From positions 88,994 through 152,993 of the forward strand of contig NZ_JBEMAR010000003.1 of NCBI RefSeq assembly GCF_040274945.1: DNA of 64,000 nt, in the 5' to 3' direction. The DNA is from Carnobacterium sp. GTDB taxonomy: Bacteria; Bacillota; Bacilli; Lactobacillales; Carnobacteriaceae. The position numbers and the translations under genes were made by a program. Positions within the stretch are counted from its first letter, which is position 1, and every line of letters starts with the position of its first letter. The notes under the pieces were generated by a model, which was given only the letters and a program-made list of their open reading frames with translations, had not been told where the DNA came from and made no database searches. Below are positions 19,091-29,802 of the stretch, piece after piece.

Positions 19091-19717
19091 ATGCATATTG
19101 AACCAACAAAACTATACCCAGATCGTCCTGTCATTGGAAAAGACAGTCAAATCAAAGACACCCTCTTTGGTGAATATAACGAAATTGGCAAACAAAATGC
19201 GGTTGATCACTCAGAATTCGGCAGCTATACGTATACTGGAGATTATTGCTTCATCCAAAATTCAAAATTAGGCCGTTTTAACAGTATTGCCGATATGGTT
19301 CGAATTGGTCCCACAAATCATCCTTATGAACGTCCTTCTCAACATATATTTGCCTACAATGGTAGCGGCTATGGTTTCCCTGAAAATGATACAGATTTCT
19401 TGGGAAAAAGACGGGAGAACTATACAACTATTGGCAATGATGTCTGGATCGGCCATGGCGTGATCATTCAGTCTGGTGTTACTGTGGGAGATGGAGTGGT
19501 CATTGGAAGCGGCGCTGTCGTGACTAAAGATATACCACCCTATACTATTGTTGGGGGAGTACCTGCAAAACACATAAAAGATCGTTTTCCAGAAGCTATC
19601 AAAGAAAAACTTGCTCAAATTGCATGGTGGAATTGGACCCGTCAAGAATTAGAAGAACGCTATGAAGAGTTAAAATTGCCCATTGAACTATTTGTTGAAA
19701 AATGGTCAAAAGAATAA
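19091..19717 (+). CDS. Hexapeptide-repeat O-acetyltransferase (CatB/Vat-like, resembling phosphonate-associated transferases)
   Basis: GSYTY, IGPTNHP, IGNDVWIGHG, VGDGVVIGSGAVVTKDIPPYTIVGGVPA, WWNW. Start at ATG 19091. Confidence 0.75.
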   Translation: MHIEPTKLYPDRPVIGKDSQIKDTLFGEYNEIGKQNAVDHSEFGSYTYTGDYCFIQNSKLGRFNSIADMVRIGPTNHPYERPSQHIFAYNGSGYGFPENDTDFLGKRRENYTTIGNDVWIGHGVIIQSGVTVGDGVVIGSGAVVTKDIPPYTIVGGVPAKHIKDRFPEAIKEKLAQIAWWNWTRQELEERYEELKLPIELFVEKWSKE

Positions 19718-19800
19718 AAATAACCTTTTAATTAGTTGATACAAAATAAGTTAATGTCTTATTTAAGATGAAGAAGATCACTCAAACCTATTTTTATAAA

Positions 19801-19831
19801 AAAAAGCGTGAGCCAGCTGCTCACGCTTTTT
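19801..19831. terminator. Terminator hairpin
   Basis: AAAAAGCGTGAGC-CAGCT-GCTCACGCTTTTT. Confidence 0.75.
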
Positions 19832-19905
19832 AAATTTACTGAAATTTTTGACTCCTCCTATTTTATACATAGTATTCGACAAGGAGTTTTTTTAATTGCT
19901 ATTTG

Positions 19906-20115
19906 TTAAAATGCTTCTTTTAATGGTTGGCAAACTTCGCACTTGCGTTGATTTTTATTTTTAAATTTTGTAAAGGATTTCTCGAATGTATTACCGCATG
20001 CACATTCAAATTGTAGTTTTTGAGAAAAACCACGGTATTCTGTTGTTAACAACTTGCTATCCGAATTTTTTTCAACAAATTCCTTGATTGAATCGATTGT
20101 CCATTGTTTATTCAT
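19906..20115 (-). CDS. Small zinc-ribbon-type protein (69 aa)
   Basis: CxC...CxxC (ECACG...KCEVC). Start at ATG 20115 with GGAGGTG RBS. Confidence 0.7.
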   Translation of the reverse strand: MNKQWTIDSIKEFVEKNSDSKLLTTEYRGFSQKLQFECACGNTFEKSFTKFKNKNQRKCEVCQPLKEAF

Positions 20116-20241
20116 TTTCTTACACCTCCATAGTTTATTGATAGGCGGAGGCTTTCTTTGCATCCGTTCTAAGTAAACCTTAAGCTATTCATTATAGCAC
20201 GAATAGATACAATTAAATAGATAGAAGGTATCTCTTTAAGT

Positions 20242-20362
20242 TAGCTCGAAGCACATCCAACTGCAGAAAGATTCTGTCAGGTAATCATCAATCTGACTGA
20301 AACCTCAGAAGTTGCTAAATATTTAAGTCTCGTTGCGGAAAAATCTTGTTATAGTTAGATCA
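20242..20362 (+). pseudogene. Decayed fragment of a YdeI/OmdA paralog
   Basis: Collinear with 17213-17333 at offset 3029. Shares the exact 20-mer GACTGAAACCTCAGAAGTTG; Trp codons have become stops. Confidence 0.75.
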
Positions 20363-20581
20363 GAGAAAATCTATATATATAATTGTATCAACTTCTCTAA
20401 ACTTTCTTTCATAATATGTTTAATTGATAAAATACGAAAAGCGTCCTGTAACAGAATTTGCAGCAGAATGATCCTGCCTCAATAAAAAAATATTTGCGAA
20501 TTTGAATCTTTTTTACTTACTAAATATAAGTGTTATACTCAACTTGTACTTCAAAAAAGACATTATAGGGGGAAAATAAAC

Positions 20582-21157
20582 ATGGCAACCATTACAATTT
20601 TTGGTAAAGGAAATATGGGTTCAGCAATTGGCGGTAACTTCGAAACAGCAGGAAACGTTGTGTCTTACATCGGTAGCGGTGAATCATCAGATCAATTAGG
20701 CGATATCGTAGTATTGGCTGTTCCTTATTCAGCACTTTCTTCTATCGTGGAAGAAAATTCAGAAAAATTAGCCGGAAAAGTTGTTATTGATATTACAAAC
20801 CCGCTTGATTTTGCTACATTTGATTCTTTGGTTGTTCCTTCTGACAGTTCAGCAGCAGCTGAAGTTCAAAAAGCACTTCCAAACTCTAAAGTATTGAAAG
20901 CTTTCAACACAACATTTGCTGGAACTTTGACAAGCAAAACTATTGGTGATTCACATCCAACAACTGTTTTAGTTGCAGGTGACGACACAGATGCTAAGAA
21001 TCAAGTTTTTGATGCTTTAGATGGTAGTGGTTTAGCGACTCTTGATGCTGGTTCTTTGAAGAGAGCACGCGAATTGGAAGCTTTAGGATTCCTACAATTG
21101 ACTCTAGCTGGTTCTGAAAAAATTAGCTGGAATGGTGGATTTGGACTTTTCAATTAA
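20582..21157 (+). CDS. NADPH-dependent F420-reductase-like (dinucleotide-binding) oxidoreductase
   Basis: IFGKGNMGSAI, VVLAVPY, DITNPLD, KAFNTTFA, DAGSL..ARELE. Confidence 0.85.
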   Translation: MATITIFGKGNMGSAIGGNFETAGNVVSYIGSGESSDQLGDIVVLAVPYSALSSIVEENSEKLAGKVVIDITNPLDFATFDSLVVPSDSSAAAEVQKALPNSKVLKAFNTTFAGTLTSKTIGDSHPTTVLVAGDDTDAKNQVFDALDGSGLATLDAGSLKRARELEALGFLQLTLAGSEKISWNGGFGLFN

Positions 21158-21227
21158 TTATAAATAATTGAACTGTGCTCCATTTACGTTCCTTAAATAT
21201 ACTAGTAAAAATTAAATAGTTAGTATT

Positions 21228-21274
21228 AAATAAGATCTTGAAAACTCTATTAAAGAGTGCTCAAGGTCTTATTT
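21228..21274. terminator. Terminator hairpin
   Basis: AAATAAGATCTTGA ... TCAAGGTCTTATTT. Confidence 0.55.
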
Positions 21275-21490
21275 GAAGGTTATCCTGACTTAGATTGTTT
21301 GTATTATTGAGTATATTTTATAGTTTAAAAACAGCTAACTGACAAGTATAAATCCGGTAGTAAACCAGACTCCTAATTGTCAATTAGCTGTTAAAGAGAA
21401 CTATTTAAATGCTAACAATTCTTTACAATAATTGAAGTATCAACAAAAATAGTGTTAACTTATTATTTGATTTTTGTAAAAAGAGAATCC

Positions 21491-22072
21491 TTATACTTGT
21501 AACGTACCCTTTAGTTCCGCAGCTTTAGTAGCAATTAAATCCATTAACTCAGGAGACAAGGTATCGTAAGTCGGTAGTCCCAGATTATTTAATTCTTTAC
21601 GAACATCCGCCATTTTAGAAGCTGGTGTACCTGTTTCGATTACAGATGAAACAAAGGCTGCGAATTTTGGTGCAGACCATCCTTTTTCTTCTGATAATTC
21701 TGTATGAATAAAGTCTAATCCGTAAAATGCATGATTTTTATTTTCTATACGACCATACATATGTGCACCACAATCTCTACAATAATGTCTTTGGATTGCC
21801 GCTGTTTCATCAACTACTTCTAACTTATCTTCATTGTTAATGACTTCAACTGTTTCACGAGAAACTACAGCTACTAAAGAAAACCTAGCGTCTTCTGGTT
21901 TCCAACACTGAGAACAGCCACATGCGTGGTTGTGTAGCGTTTGTGAGCTTACTTTGACCTCTACTTTATTCGATTCACAAAGACACGTTAATGTGCCCCC
22001 ACCGAATCCTTCTACTTCAGGGTAATCTTGGATTCCGTTATCTAATCTTGGGTGTAATTTAATGTTTGTCAT
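21491..22072 (-). CDS. gfa: Glutathione-dependent formaldehyde-activating enzyme
   Basis: [65 protein letters not shown]. Start at ATG 22072 with AAGGAG. Confidence 0.92.
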   Translation of the reverse strand: MTNIKLHPRLDNGIQDYPEVEGFGGGTLTCLCESNKVEVKVSSQTLHNHACGCSQCWKPEDARFSLVAVVSRETVEVINNEDKLEVVDETAAIQRHYCRDCGAHMYGRIENKNHAFYGLDFIHTELSEEKGWSAPKFAAFVSSVIETGTPASKMADVRKELNNLGLPTYDTLSPELMDLIATKAAELKGTLQV

Positions 22073-22312
22073 ATACTTCACTCCTTGGATTTATTGTTTT
22101 TGATTCAGCGATATGAAACTCTAACTGTTCTTTTATAAATGATGAAATCATCTAATAGTTCTAAACATGTCCACTTGATATCCAAACAATCAAAAGATGA
22201 TTCTTTTATTTCACGACTGCAGTTAGCTTAATCGTCTCCAATTCCTTTTTTTAGAATGGATTTGCATCGCTGATTGTTTTTCTAAAAAATTATTTGCGAA
22301 AAAAAACAATTC

Positions 22313-23437
<1,125 letters not shown>

Positions 23438-23588
23438 TTAGATGTCGATCATTTTTAACAAATTCAGTGTAATACATAATGTAATAAAAGTTAATACTGA
23501 TATATTTGTCACTATAGATTTAATTAAGTAGTTTAGTTGACGGAGCAACAAAGCGAACTAGCTTATATCCACATATCTAATGTGACAT

Positions 23589-23633
23589 AGAAAGAAGATA
23601 ATCTCGATTCATTAGCGAGATCATCTTCTTTCT
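23589..23633. terminator. Terminator downstream of the PHP gene
   Basis: AGAAAGAAGATAATCTCG ... CGAGATCATCTTCTTTCT. Confidence 0.7.
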
Positions 23634-23650
23634 GTTTTATAAATTATAGA

Positions 23651-24439
23651 TTAAAGTTTAACTTTAGCAAGGTTGATATCGTAACGCCCGCCTACTTTTT
23701 GTAATTCTTTTAACGCTTTTTTCAGTAGCGTTGCTGCTTCGACTTTCTGACTGATGCCCTTATCGATTTCGACAGTATAAGCTTTTTTTTCAATTTCATA
23801 TTTCAGTGCATCAATGGTATTCACGTCTTTGTCAAAGTCATTATACAACACACCATATTGGAGATACTGATGTGTATCACTTCCCGCTAAAACCGGCTTA
23901 TTGTACTTAGCAGCTATGGCTTCAATATTTTTTCTATTACTCAATCCCATCAATCCTGTATCTTTTCCATTCAAGTCAAAGAAGTCATAACAGTCGATCA
24001 AATCATCCGATAATGCTAGATTGTTGCATCCACTTCGGTAAACATGCGCAGCTCCAAAAAGCACATTGTATTCTTTGATGATAGAAAACAAGTCTTCTGC
24101 GGGTAGAAATGCTTCATCTGGTTCTGGTAAAACGCGACGACGGATCTCCAAAATATCTTCAAATCGTCCGATAACTAAATTATGGCCACCTTCTTGAATA
24201 TCTACTTCTAATCCAGGAAATACACGTACACCTTCTACTAAATAAGTGTCTCCATCTTTTGGGTAGTGCTCTGTAATGTAGCCATAAATTTTTTCGAATT
24301 CCTGAGTGTTGAAATGCTCCGTCAGACAGAGTGCATCCAAACCTCTTGCTTTTGCCTCTTTAAATAACTGTACAGTATATTCTTCTGAGAATGGTAAGTT
24401 TTTAGCTAATTTACCATGTGTGTGAAAATCTATTTTCAA
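23651..24439 (-). CDS. PHP-domain phosphoesterase
   Basis: DFHTHG, LCLTEH, AAH and GSDTH metal-ligand motifs. Confidence 0.85.
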   Translation of the reverse strand: MKIDFHTHGKLAKNLPFSEEYTVQLFKEAKARGLDALCLTEHFNTQEFEKIYGYITEHYPKDGDTYLVEGVRVFPGLEVDIQEGGHNLVIGRFEDILEIRRRVLPEPDEAFLPAEDLFSIIKEYNVLFGAAHVYRSGCNNLALSDDLIDCYDFFDLNGKDTGLMGLSNRKNIEAIAAKYNKPVLAGSDTHQYLQYGVLYNDFDKDVNTIDALKYEIEKKAYTVEIDKGISQKVEAATLLKKALKELQKVGGRYDINLAKVKL

Positions 24440-24454
24440 AATAAGTTCCTCCGT

Positions 24455-25291
24455 TTAAACTAATTTAGGTGCGATAAGCGCTGCCGTAACGACTAAAGCA
24501 AAATACAAAACTGAACTTGCTAAAAATGCAAGATCTTTTGAAGTGAAGTTTAATGTTTTCAATTTCATTTTTTTCACCCTAGGATCGGTCATTGAATTAC
24601 GATAGCCTTTTATTTCCAGTGCTTCTACTGTTGTTCGGCTTCGTTTAGCCATATTCAGCATCAAGGGATAGAATGAACGCATGACGATTTTTAACTGATA
24701 CATAATAAAACGGATCTTACCCATAAAGCCATTTGAATCGGGTTGTACGCCTCTCAATCTATAGGAAAGATTGACACTCTGGAATTCTTCCATAATGATC
24801 GGTAAGATTCGGTAACCATAAGAAATACTGAATGCGAACTGATCAGGTAAACCAATCGATAAGAGTCCATTAGATAATTTATCAGGATCCATCCCCGCAA
24901 AGGTCGTAATCGAAGCTAATGAGACAACGCCGATTTTCAATGTCAGCTGGAGCACTGGAATCAGTGCAGACCAATCACCACCGAATAATAAGATGAATAG
25001 AAACAGAAAACCTGTTTCTGACAAAAGTCCGATACAAAAGACGAATAAAATAAGGGGCACTGTTCGTGCTAACTTAGTCGTGATGGCTACAAAAATAAAT
25101 AAGCCGGCTAATACCCAATAATTTGTAATGAACCAGGGAATGATCCCAAAGAGAACATACCAGATGAATAATGTACGTGGATCTAGTGAGGCAACAAAAG
25201 TTTCGTCATTTCCGTAAGCATTTTTCAACACTTGATTTTTCAAGGACGTGATCGTAAATTTATCTAAGAAATTTTCATTCACTTTCATCAT
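24455..25291 (-). CDS. ECF transporter T component
   Basis: LDPRT, conserved ARG-type motifs (SYRLRG, ALEIKGY), CbiQ-like hydrophobic pattern. Confidence 0.85.
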   Translation of the reverse strand: MMKVNENFLDKFTITSLKNQVLKNAYGNDETFVASLDPRTLFIWYVLFGIIPWFITNYWVLAGLFIFVAITTKLARTVPLILFVFCIGLLSETGFLFLFILLFGGDWSALIPVLQLTLKIGVVSLASITTFAGMDPDKLSNGLLSIGLPDQFAFSISYGYRILPIIMEEFQSVNLSYRLRGVQPDSNGFMGKIRFIMYQLKIVMRSFYPLMLNMAKRSRTTVEALEIKGYRNSMTDPRVKKMKLKTLNFTSKDLAFLASSVLYFALVVTAALIAPKLV

Positions 25292-27000
25292 GACAAGACC
25301 CCTTCTTTCTTCTGTAACTGATCCACAAATTGATCAACTGTATAGATAGAAGCATCCGAATTCATCGATTTTGCCAATTTAAAGATTTCTGGCGGATCGA
25401 TTCCAGCTAACTGAAGTAATGTTTCATCATGAAAAATCTCTTCTCTTGTACCGTTTCCAATAACTTTCCCTTCATGAAGAACAACAATTCGATTCGCCCA
25501 CTCTGCTACCAACTGCATATCATGTGTGGCAATAATAGTCGTTTCCAAGCTATCTTTCAGATCATCAAGCGTTTTCGTAATACTTTTTCTTGTTGCAATA
25601 TCCAGATTGGCTGTGGGTTCATCCAATAGCATGATTTGCGGATTCAACGCTACCCCGATCGCTAGAGAAGCTCTGCGCATCTGTCCTCCACTAAGTAGCC
25701 GTCCATCTCTTTCAGCTAGCTCTACTAAATCAAACTGGCGTAACAGAGCCTCTGTTCGTTCTTTATAGTCTTTTATATTTCTTGCTTTCATTGAAAAAGC
25801 AATATCGCGTTTGATGCTGTCATCGATAAACATATTCTCAGGATTCTGATAAACATAACTGATTGTATCTGAGATCTGCTCCGGTTTTAACCGGATAATG
25901 TCTTTACCATCCAACTCTATTTCTCCGCTGTCTGGTTTGATTAGTCCTGTCAGTAACTTAAGCAGCGTTGATTTACCTGCACCGTTATTTCCAATCAGTG
26001 CTACTCTCTCTCCCTTGTTGATTGTAAGATTCAATGAATCAAAGATGGGTTTTTTATCTCCTTTGATCATATCGTAGCTGAGCGAAACGTCTTTTAAATA
26101 AATCATGGCATCATCCTGTTTTGAACGAACACTAGGCATGGTTTTTTCAACAGTCTGTAGTGCATACTCTTTGAAATAATCTTTCCCTTGATCGTGATTG
26201 ATTGGCAGGGTTAAAGCATTCCTTTCAGAAATTTGAGCTAACTGATGTGCTGCTTGAGTAATTTGTGGTGGAAAGATCGAGCCTTCCATCAATTCTTCTA
26301 CTCTAACGAGCGCTTCTTTTACAGGTAATTTCCACTGAATTCGATTGTCTTTCATGAAAATAACCGAATCGCAATATTTACCAATAAAGTCTGTATGGTG
26401 TTCAATCACAACAATCGTCTTGCCTAATTCTTTATTAAATCGCTTCAGTACATCATACGTTTTGAGTGCATGATAAGGATCCAGTTGCGCTATCGGTTCA
26501 TCCAAAATCAAGATATCTGGTCTTAAAGCTGTCATTCCTGCTAACGCCAGTAAATGCTTCTGACCACCAGATAGCTGCCAGATATACTCATCCGATTGTT
26601 CTTCTAACCCCGTTAACTCTAAGGCTTCCATCCCACGTTCAACATAGTCTTCCAAACCATTGTTCAGACATGAAAAGGCAGCATCATCCAACACTTTTGG
26701 ACGAATCAACTGGTTTTCAAAATCTTGATAGACATAGCCAATCGTATGTGCCAAGTCTGAAACGGTTGAATCCACAGTTTCCACTCCATTTATTTTAAGG
26801 GATCCGCTCACATCGCCATCGATAAAATGTGGAATCACTCCATTCAACAATTTGCATAGAGTTGATTTACCCGTTCCATTGTTTCCAACGATAGCTACGA
26901 ACTCTCCATCTTCAATCGTTAAATTGATCTCTTCCAGTTGATAGTTTTCCTGACTTGGATAATTAAAGTAGAGATTTTTGATCTCAATCAAATTACTCAC
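25288..27000 (-). CDS. ECF transporter fused double ATPase
   Basis: Two Walker A motifs (GNNGTGKST, GNNGAGKST), two LSGGQ signatures, DEP motifs. Confidence 0.92.
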   Translation of the reverse strand: MSNLIEIKNLYFNYPSQENYQLEEINLTIEDGEFVAIVGNNGTGKSTLCKLLNGVIPHFIDGDVSGSLKINGVETVDSTVSDLAHTIGYVYQDFENQLIRPKVLDDAAFSCLNNGLEDYVERGMEALELTGLEEQSDEYIWQLSGGQKHLLALAGMTALRPDILILDEPIAQLDPYHALKTYDVLKRFNKELGKTIVVIEHHTDFIGKYCDSVIFMKDNRIQWKLPVKEALVRVEELMEGSIFPPQITQAAHQLAQISERNALTLPINHDQGKDYFKEYALQTVEKTMPSVRSKQDDAMIYLKDVSLSYDMIKGDKKPIFDSLNLTINKGERVALIGNNGAGKSTLLKLLTGLIKPDSGEIELDGKDIIRLKPEQISDTISYVYQNPENMFIDDSIKRDIAFSMKARNIKDYKERTEALLRQFDLVELAERDGRLLSGGQMRRASLAIGVALNPQIMLLDEPTANLDIATRKSITKTLDDLKDSLETTIIATHDMQLVAEWANRIVVLHEGKVIGNGTREEIFHDETLLQLAGIDPPEIFKLAKSMNSDASIYTVDQFVDQLQKKEGVLS

Positions 27001-27847
27001 CTACACCAATCGTTTTATTTTTTCTGATAACAAGTATGATGCCTACGATCAAAACTAACGTAAGGACAATGCCTGCAAAGACTGCTTCAGGACTTTCTGC
27101 CCAACTTGCTTCCCAGTCAATAAAGTTAATCCCTGTTTCCGCCATGAATTCAGTTATTACGGCTATTAGGAATAAACCTACTGCCATCAAGATGGCTTTA
27201 ACGTTTAGTACTGCTCCAAAGGATGGTCTATTTTTAGGAGTTCTTGGACGCATCCCTAATAACGGTTCAATTTTTTTATATAGTCTTGGGACTAAAAATA
27301 ACGTTGGGAGCACACAGAATAAGATTCCAGAGAATAGCAAATCATTGACTATGGCAAATCCTTCAGTGAAAAACACTGATTCAGGTAACCCTTGAACAGC
27401 TTCAAAGTCTTCAACCGCAAACACCACTTTTGAAATGTCGACTAACCCCCCTAAAAATTGGTGAATGAAGATGCCCGTAAACGAAGCGATGGCAACTTGG
27501 ACTTTATTAAGAGGATCATTGACCATCATTCCAGCGATATAGATGCCTAAAGAGAAAAGAACAAATTTTTCAACTTCTCCGACACCACCGAATTGGCCTA
27601 ACATAATTTCACTAAAAATCACTTCTCCAGTAGCTGCACCTAATGCAGCTGATAGTGGATCAAATAAAATTGCTAACGTTAAGGGAATAAAAGCAAAATA
27701 CTCAACTGATAATTCAACGATACCCAATTGAACAGATGGAATCAATTCTGTGAACAATGTAGCCAGACCGTATAAAGACATAGATAAGACGAAAATCATC
27801 ATCTTTTGTGCTTGCGTAAGTTCCGTTCGTTTTCCTTTTAAATGCAA
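26993..27847 (-). CDS. Probable ECF S component (long, 284 aa)
   Basis: All-hydrophobic protein that is the first gene of the ECF operon; N-terminal IP..LAILFDP..AALGAA.GE pattern resembles S components. Confidence 0.7.
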   Translation of the reverse strand: MHLKGKRTELTQAQKMMIFVLSMSLYGLATLFTELIPSVQLGIVELSVEYFAFIPLTLAILFDPLSAALGAATGEVIFSEIMLGQFGGVGEVEKFVLFSLGIYIAGMMVNDPLNKVQVAIASFTGIFIHQFLGGLVDISKVVFAVEDFEAVQGLPESVFFTEGFAIVNDLLFSGILFCVLPTLFLVPRLYKKIEPLLGMRPRTPKNRPSFGAVLNVKAILMAVGLFLIAVITEFMAETGINFIDWEASWAESPEAVFAGIVLTLVLIVGIILVIRKNKTIGVGE

Positions 27848-28050
27848 AGTAATTCCTCCAATAGTTTATGTTTTATTTAGTACACGGTTATCTTACCGAA
27901 CGAATGTAAATTACCCGCAAATTTAAAGTAAAAATGTAGTATTTTTTTTCATTAAAATAAGTAAAAGAAAATTAATTTTCATTAACGAACTCATTAAACC
28001 AGAAAAATTATGCTACAATAAATGATAAGTAACCCTTAAAGGAGGAAAAC

Positions 28051-28890
28051 ATGGCTACACATACCTTTACCATTCCTAAGGATTCCCTGACCAAAAGTCA
28101 GCTTGTAATATTGGAATATATCTACTCGAATATTGAAACGATTCCTTTTTTAACCATAACAGAGATCTCTAATGAACTAGGAATCAGCGATGCAACCATT
28201 ACTCGTTTTTCAAAAAAAGTTGGTTATCCGTCATTTAAAGAAATGAAAATGGCCATTTTATCTGACATACAAGTCTCTCCTGCTAAAAAACTCCAAAATA
28301 GTTTTGAAGAAGGTGACTTGAATGCTAAAGACAATTTACTCATTTTCAAAGAAATTCAGCATTTGATAGAAACCGTCTCTCATCTGGATATGCAAACATT
28401 GAATCAGGCGATTCACTTACTGTTAAAAGCTAAAAAAATCTATGTATTTGCCAAAGGTGCTGCTAAAAGTCCTGCTGACTTACTCGTTTTCCGTTTGAAT
28501 CGCTTTGACTTGGATATCCAGTTCGTTACTGCAAGTGGTTCAGAACTTTTTGAGAAATTAAATAACCTTTCGCAAGAAGATGCCATTGTTCTTTTTGGGT
28601 TCGGTTCTGTCCCTAGAGAAATCAAACTGGTAGAAGACTATGGAAAAAAAATCAAAGTTCCTATTCTGTCTTTTGCAGACAGGCATTATAACTCTACTTC
28701 TGAAGAAGGCATTACAACTTTTTTTGTAGCACGAGGCATACCCGATGACTACCATTCCATGACGTCGGTCGTAGCCCTGATTGATACGTTGATCGTTGAA
28801 ATGGCGAAACAAATGCCTGAAGAAAGAAAACAACATCTTGAAAATTTATTTTCACTTAAAGAGTCCTACAAGCATAATGTTCCAAGATAA
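28051..28890 (+). CDS. MurR/RpiR-family regulator (HTH + SIS)
   Basis: LTKSQ..I..YI, SDATITRFSKKVGY..FKEMK, followed by a SIS domain. Confidence 0.92.
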   Translation: MATHTFTIPKDSLTKSQLVILEYIYSNIETIPFLTITEISNELGISDATITRFSKKVGYPSFKEMKMAILSDIQVSPAKKLQNSFEEGDLNAKDNLLIFKEIQHLIETVSHLDMQTLNQAIHLLLKAKKIYVFAKGAAKSPADLLVFRLNRFDLDIQFVTASGSELFEKLNNLSQEDAIVLFGFGSVPREIKLVEDYGKKIKVPILSFADRHYNSTSEEGITTFFVARGIPDDYHSMTSVVALIDTLIVEMAKQMPEERKQHLENLFSLKESYKHNVPR

Positions 28891-29000
28891 CTTAACATTA
28901 TCGGTATCAATGGAATCATCTTCTAGTTGCTTAATCTATTTTTATACCAGAGCAAAACTCGTGGTCAAAGTAAAATAATAAACTTTTTATATCGATTTCC

Positions 29001-29056
29001 AAAAAAAGCCACCTTGTTCTGTCATCTTTACATGACAGAACAAGGTGGCTTTTTTT
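29001..29056. terminator. Long bidirectional terminator
   Basis: AAAAAAAGCCACCTTGTTCTGTCAT-CTTTAC-ATGACAGAACAAGGTGGCTTTTTTT. Confidence 0.88.
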
Positions 29057-29064
29057 AATTTTAA

Positions 29065-29613
29065 TTATTTTTCTTCTTCTGTTAATTCTTCTTCAGAATC
29101 ATAGCCTAAATCATCTAATGTTTCAGCCAATTTATCAGCTGGAATAGTTTGATCTTCAGTTGGTTCCGCCGGCGTACCATGAACATTTCCATGAGCTGAC
29201 TCTGTTTTATCGGAAGAGCCAGTCTTATGTTCTATATCCGTTTTTTCCATGTGGTTCTCTTTCATGTCTTGAGCTTTTTCTAAGCCCTTTTCTTTCCATT
29301 CTTTCCCTTTTTCCATGCCAGTATCTTTTGCATCAGCGAACTTATCTTTTATATCTGTTCGTAAGGCTTTCCCGGATTTAGGTGCAAACAATAATCCAAC
29401 TAACGCTCCTGCTAGAGGTAAAATAATTAATTTTGCTAATCCCATTCGTTTTACTTTTTTGGGCATTACCTTAGTGACTCCCTTAGCAAGCATCTTATCT
29501 GTCTTCATCTTCGATTTAGCTAACTGATGTGTCGAAGGAAGATAATCTTTGGCCATATCAAATGCGTCATGTGCATGATCCTTACCCATATTGATTAATT
29601 TTGATGTTTTCAT
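29065..29613 (-). CDS. YtxH-domain general stress protein
   Basis: GALVGLLFAPKSGKALRTDIK. Start moved to ATG 29613 (AAGGAG RBS). Confidence 0.8.
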   Translation of the reverse strand: MKTSKLINMGKDHAHDAFDMAKDYLPSTHQLAKSKMKTDKMLAKGVTKVMPKKVKRMGLAKLIILPLAGALVGLLFAPKSGKALRTDIKDKFADAKDTGMEKGKEWKEKGLEKAQDMKENHMEKTDIEHKTGSSDKTESAHGNVHGTPAEPTEDQTIPADKLAETLDDLGYDSEEELTEEEK

Positions 29614-29802
29614 TTTATTCGTGCTCCTTTCAATTTTTGTTTCTCTACTGTGCCATCTACCTGTTGTATAGATATCTCTATAGACATCATATAACACAAA
29701 AGGCATTGTCCAAAACAAAAGGCATTAAAAATAAAAGAAAATCACAATAAAACTATTCCTTCCAACTACTTCAGAAACTGCATCTTTTCCCCCTCAGTAC
29801 TC

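Noticed and set aside
19091-19717. vat/catB antibiotic resistance gene
   Set aside because: Only generic hexapeptide motifs are shared, and the N-terminus differs from what I recognise in Vat/CatB.
23470-23485. TACAT-A-ATGTA palindrome upstream of frmA as an operator
   Set aside because: It is short and AT-rich, so it is easily chance, and it matches no formaldehyde-sensor box I can name.
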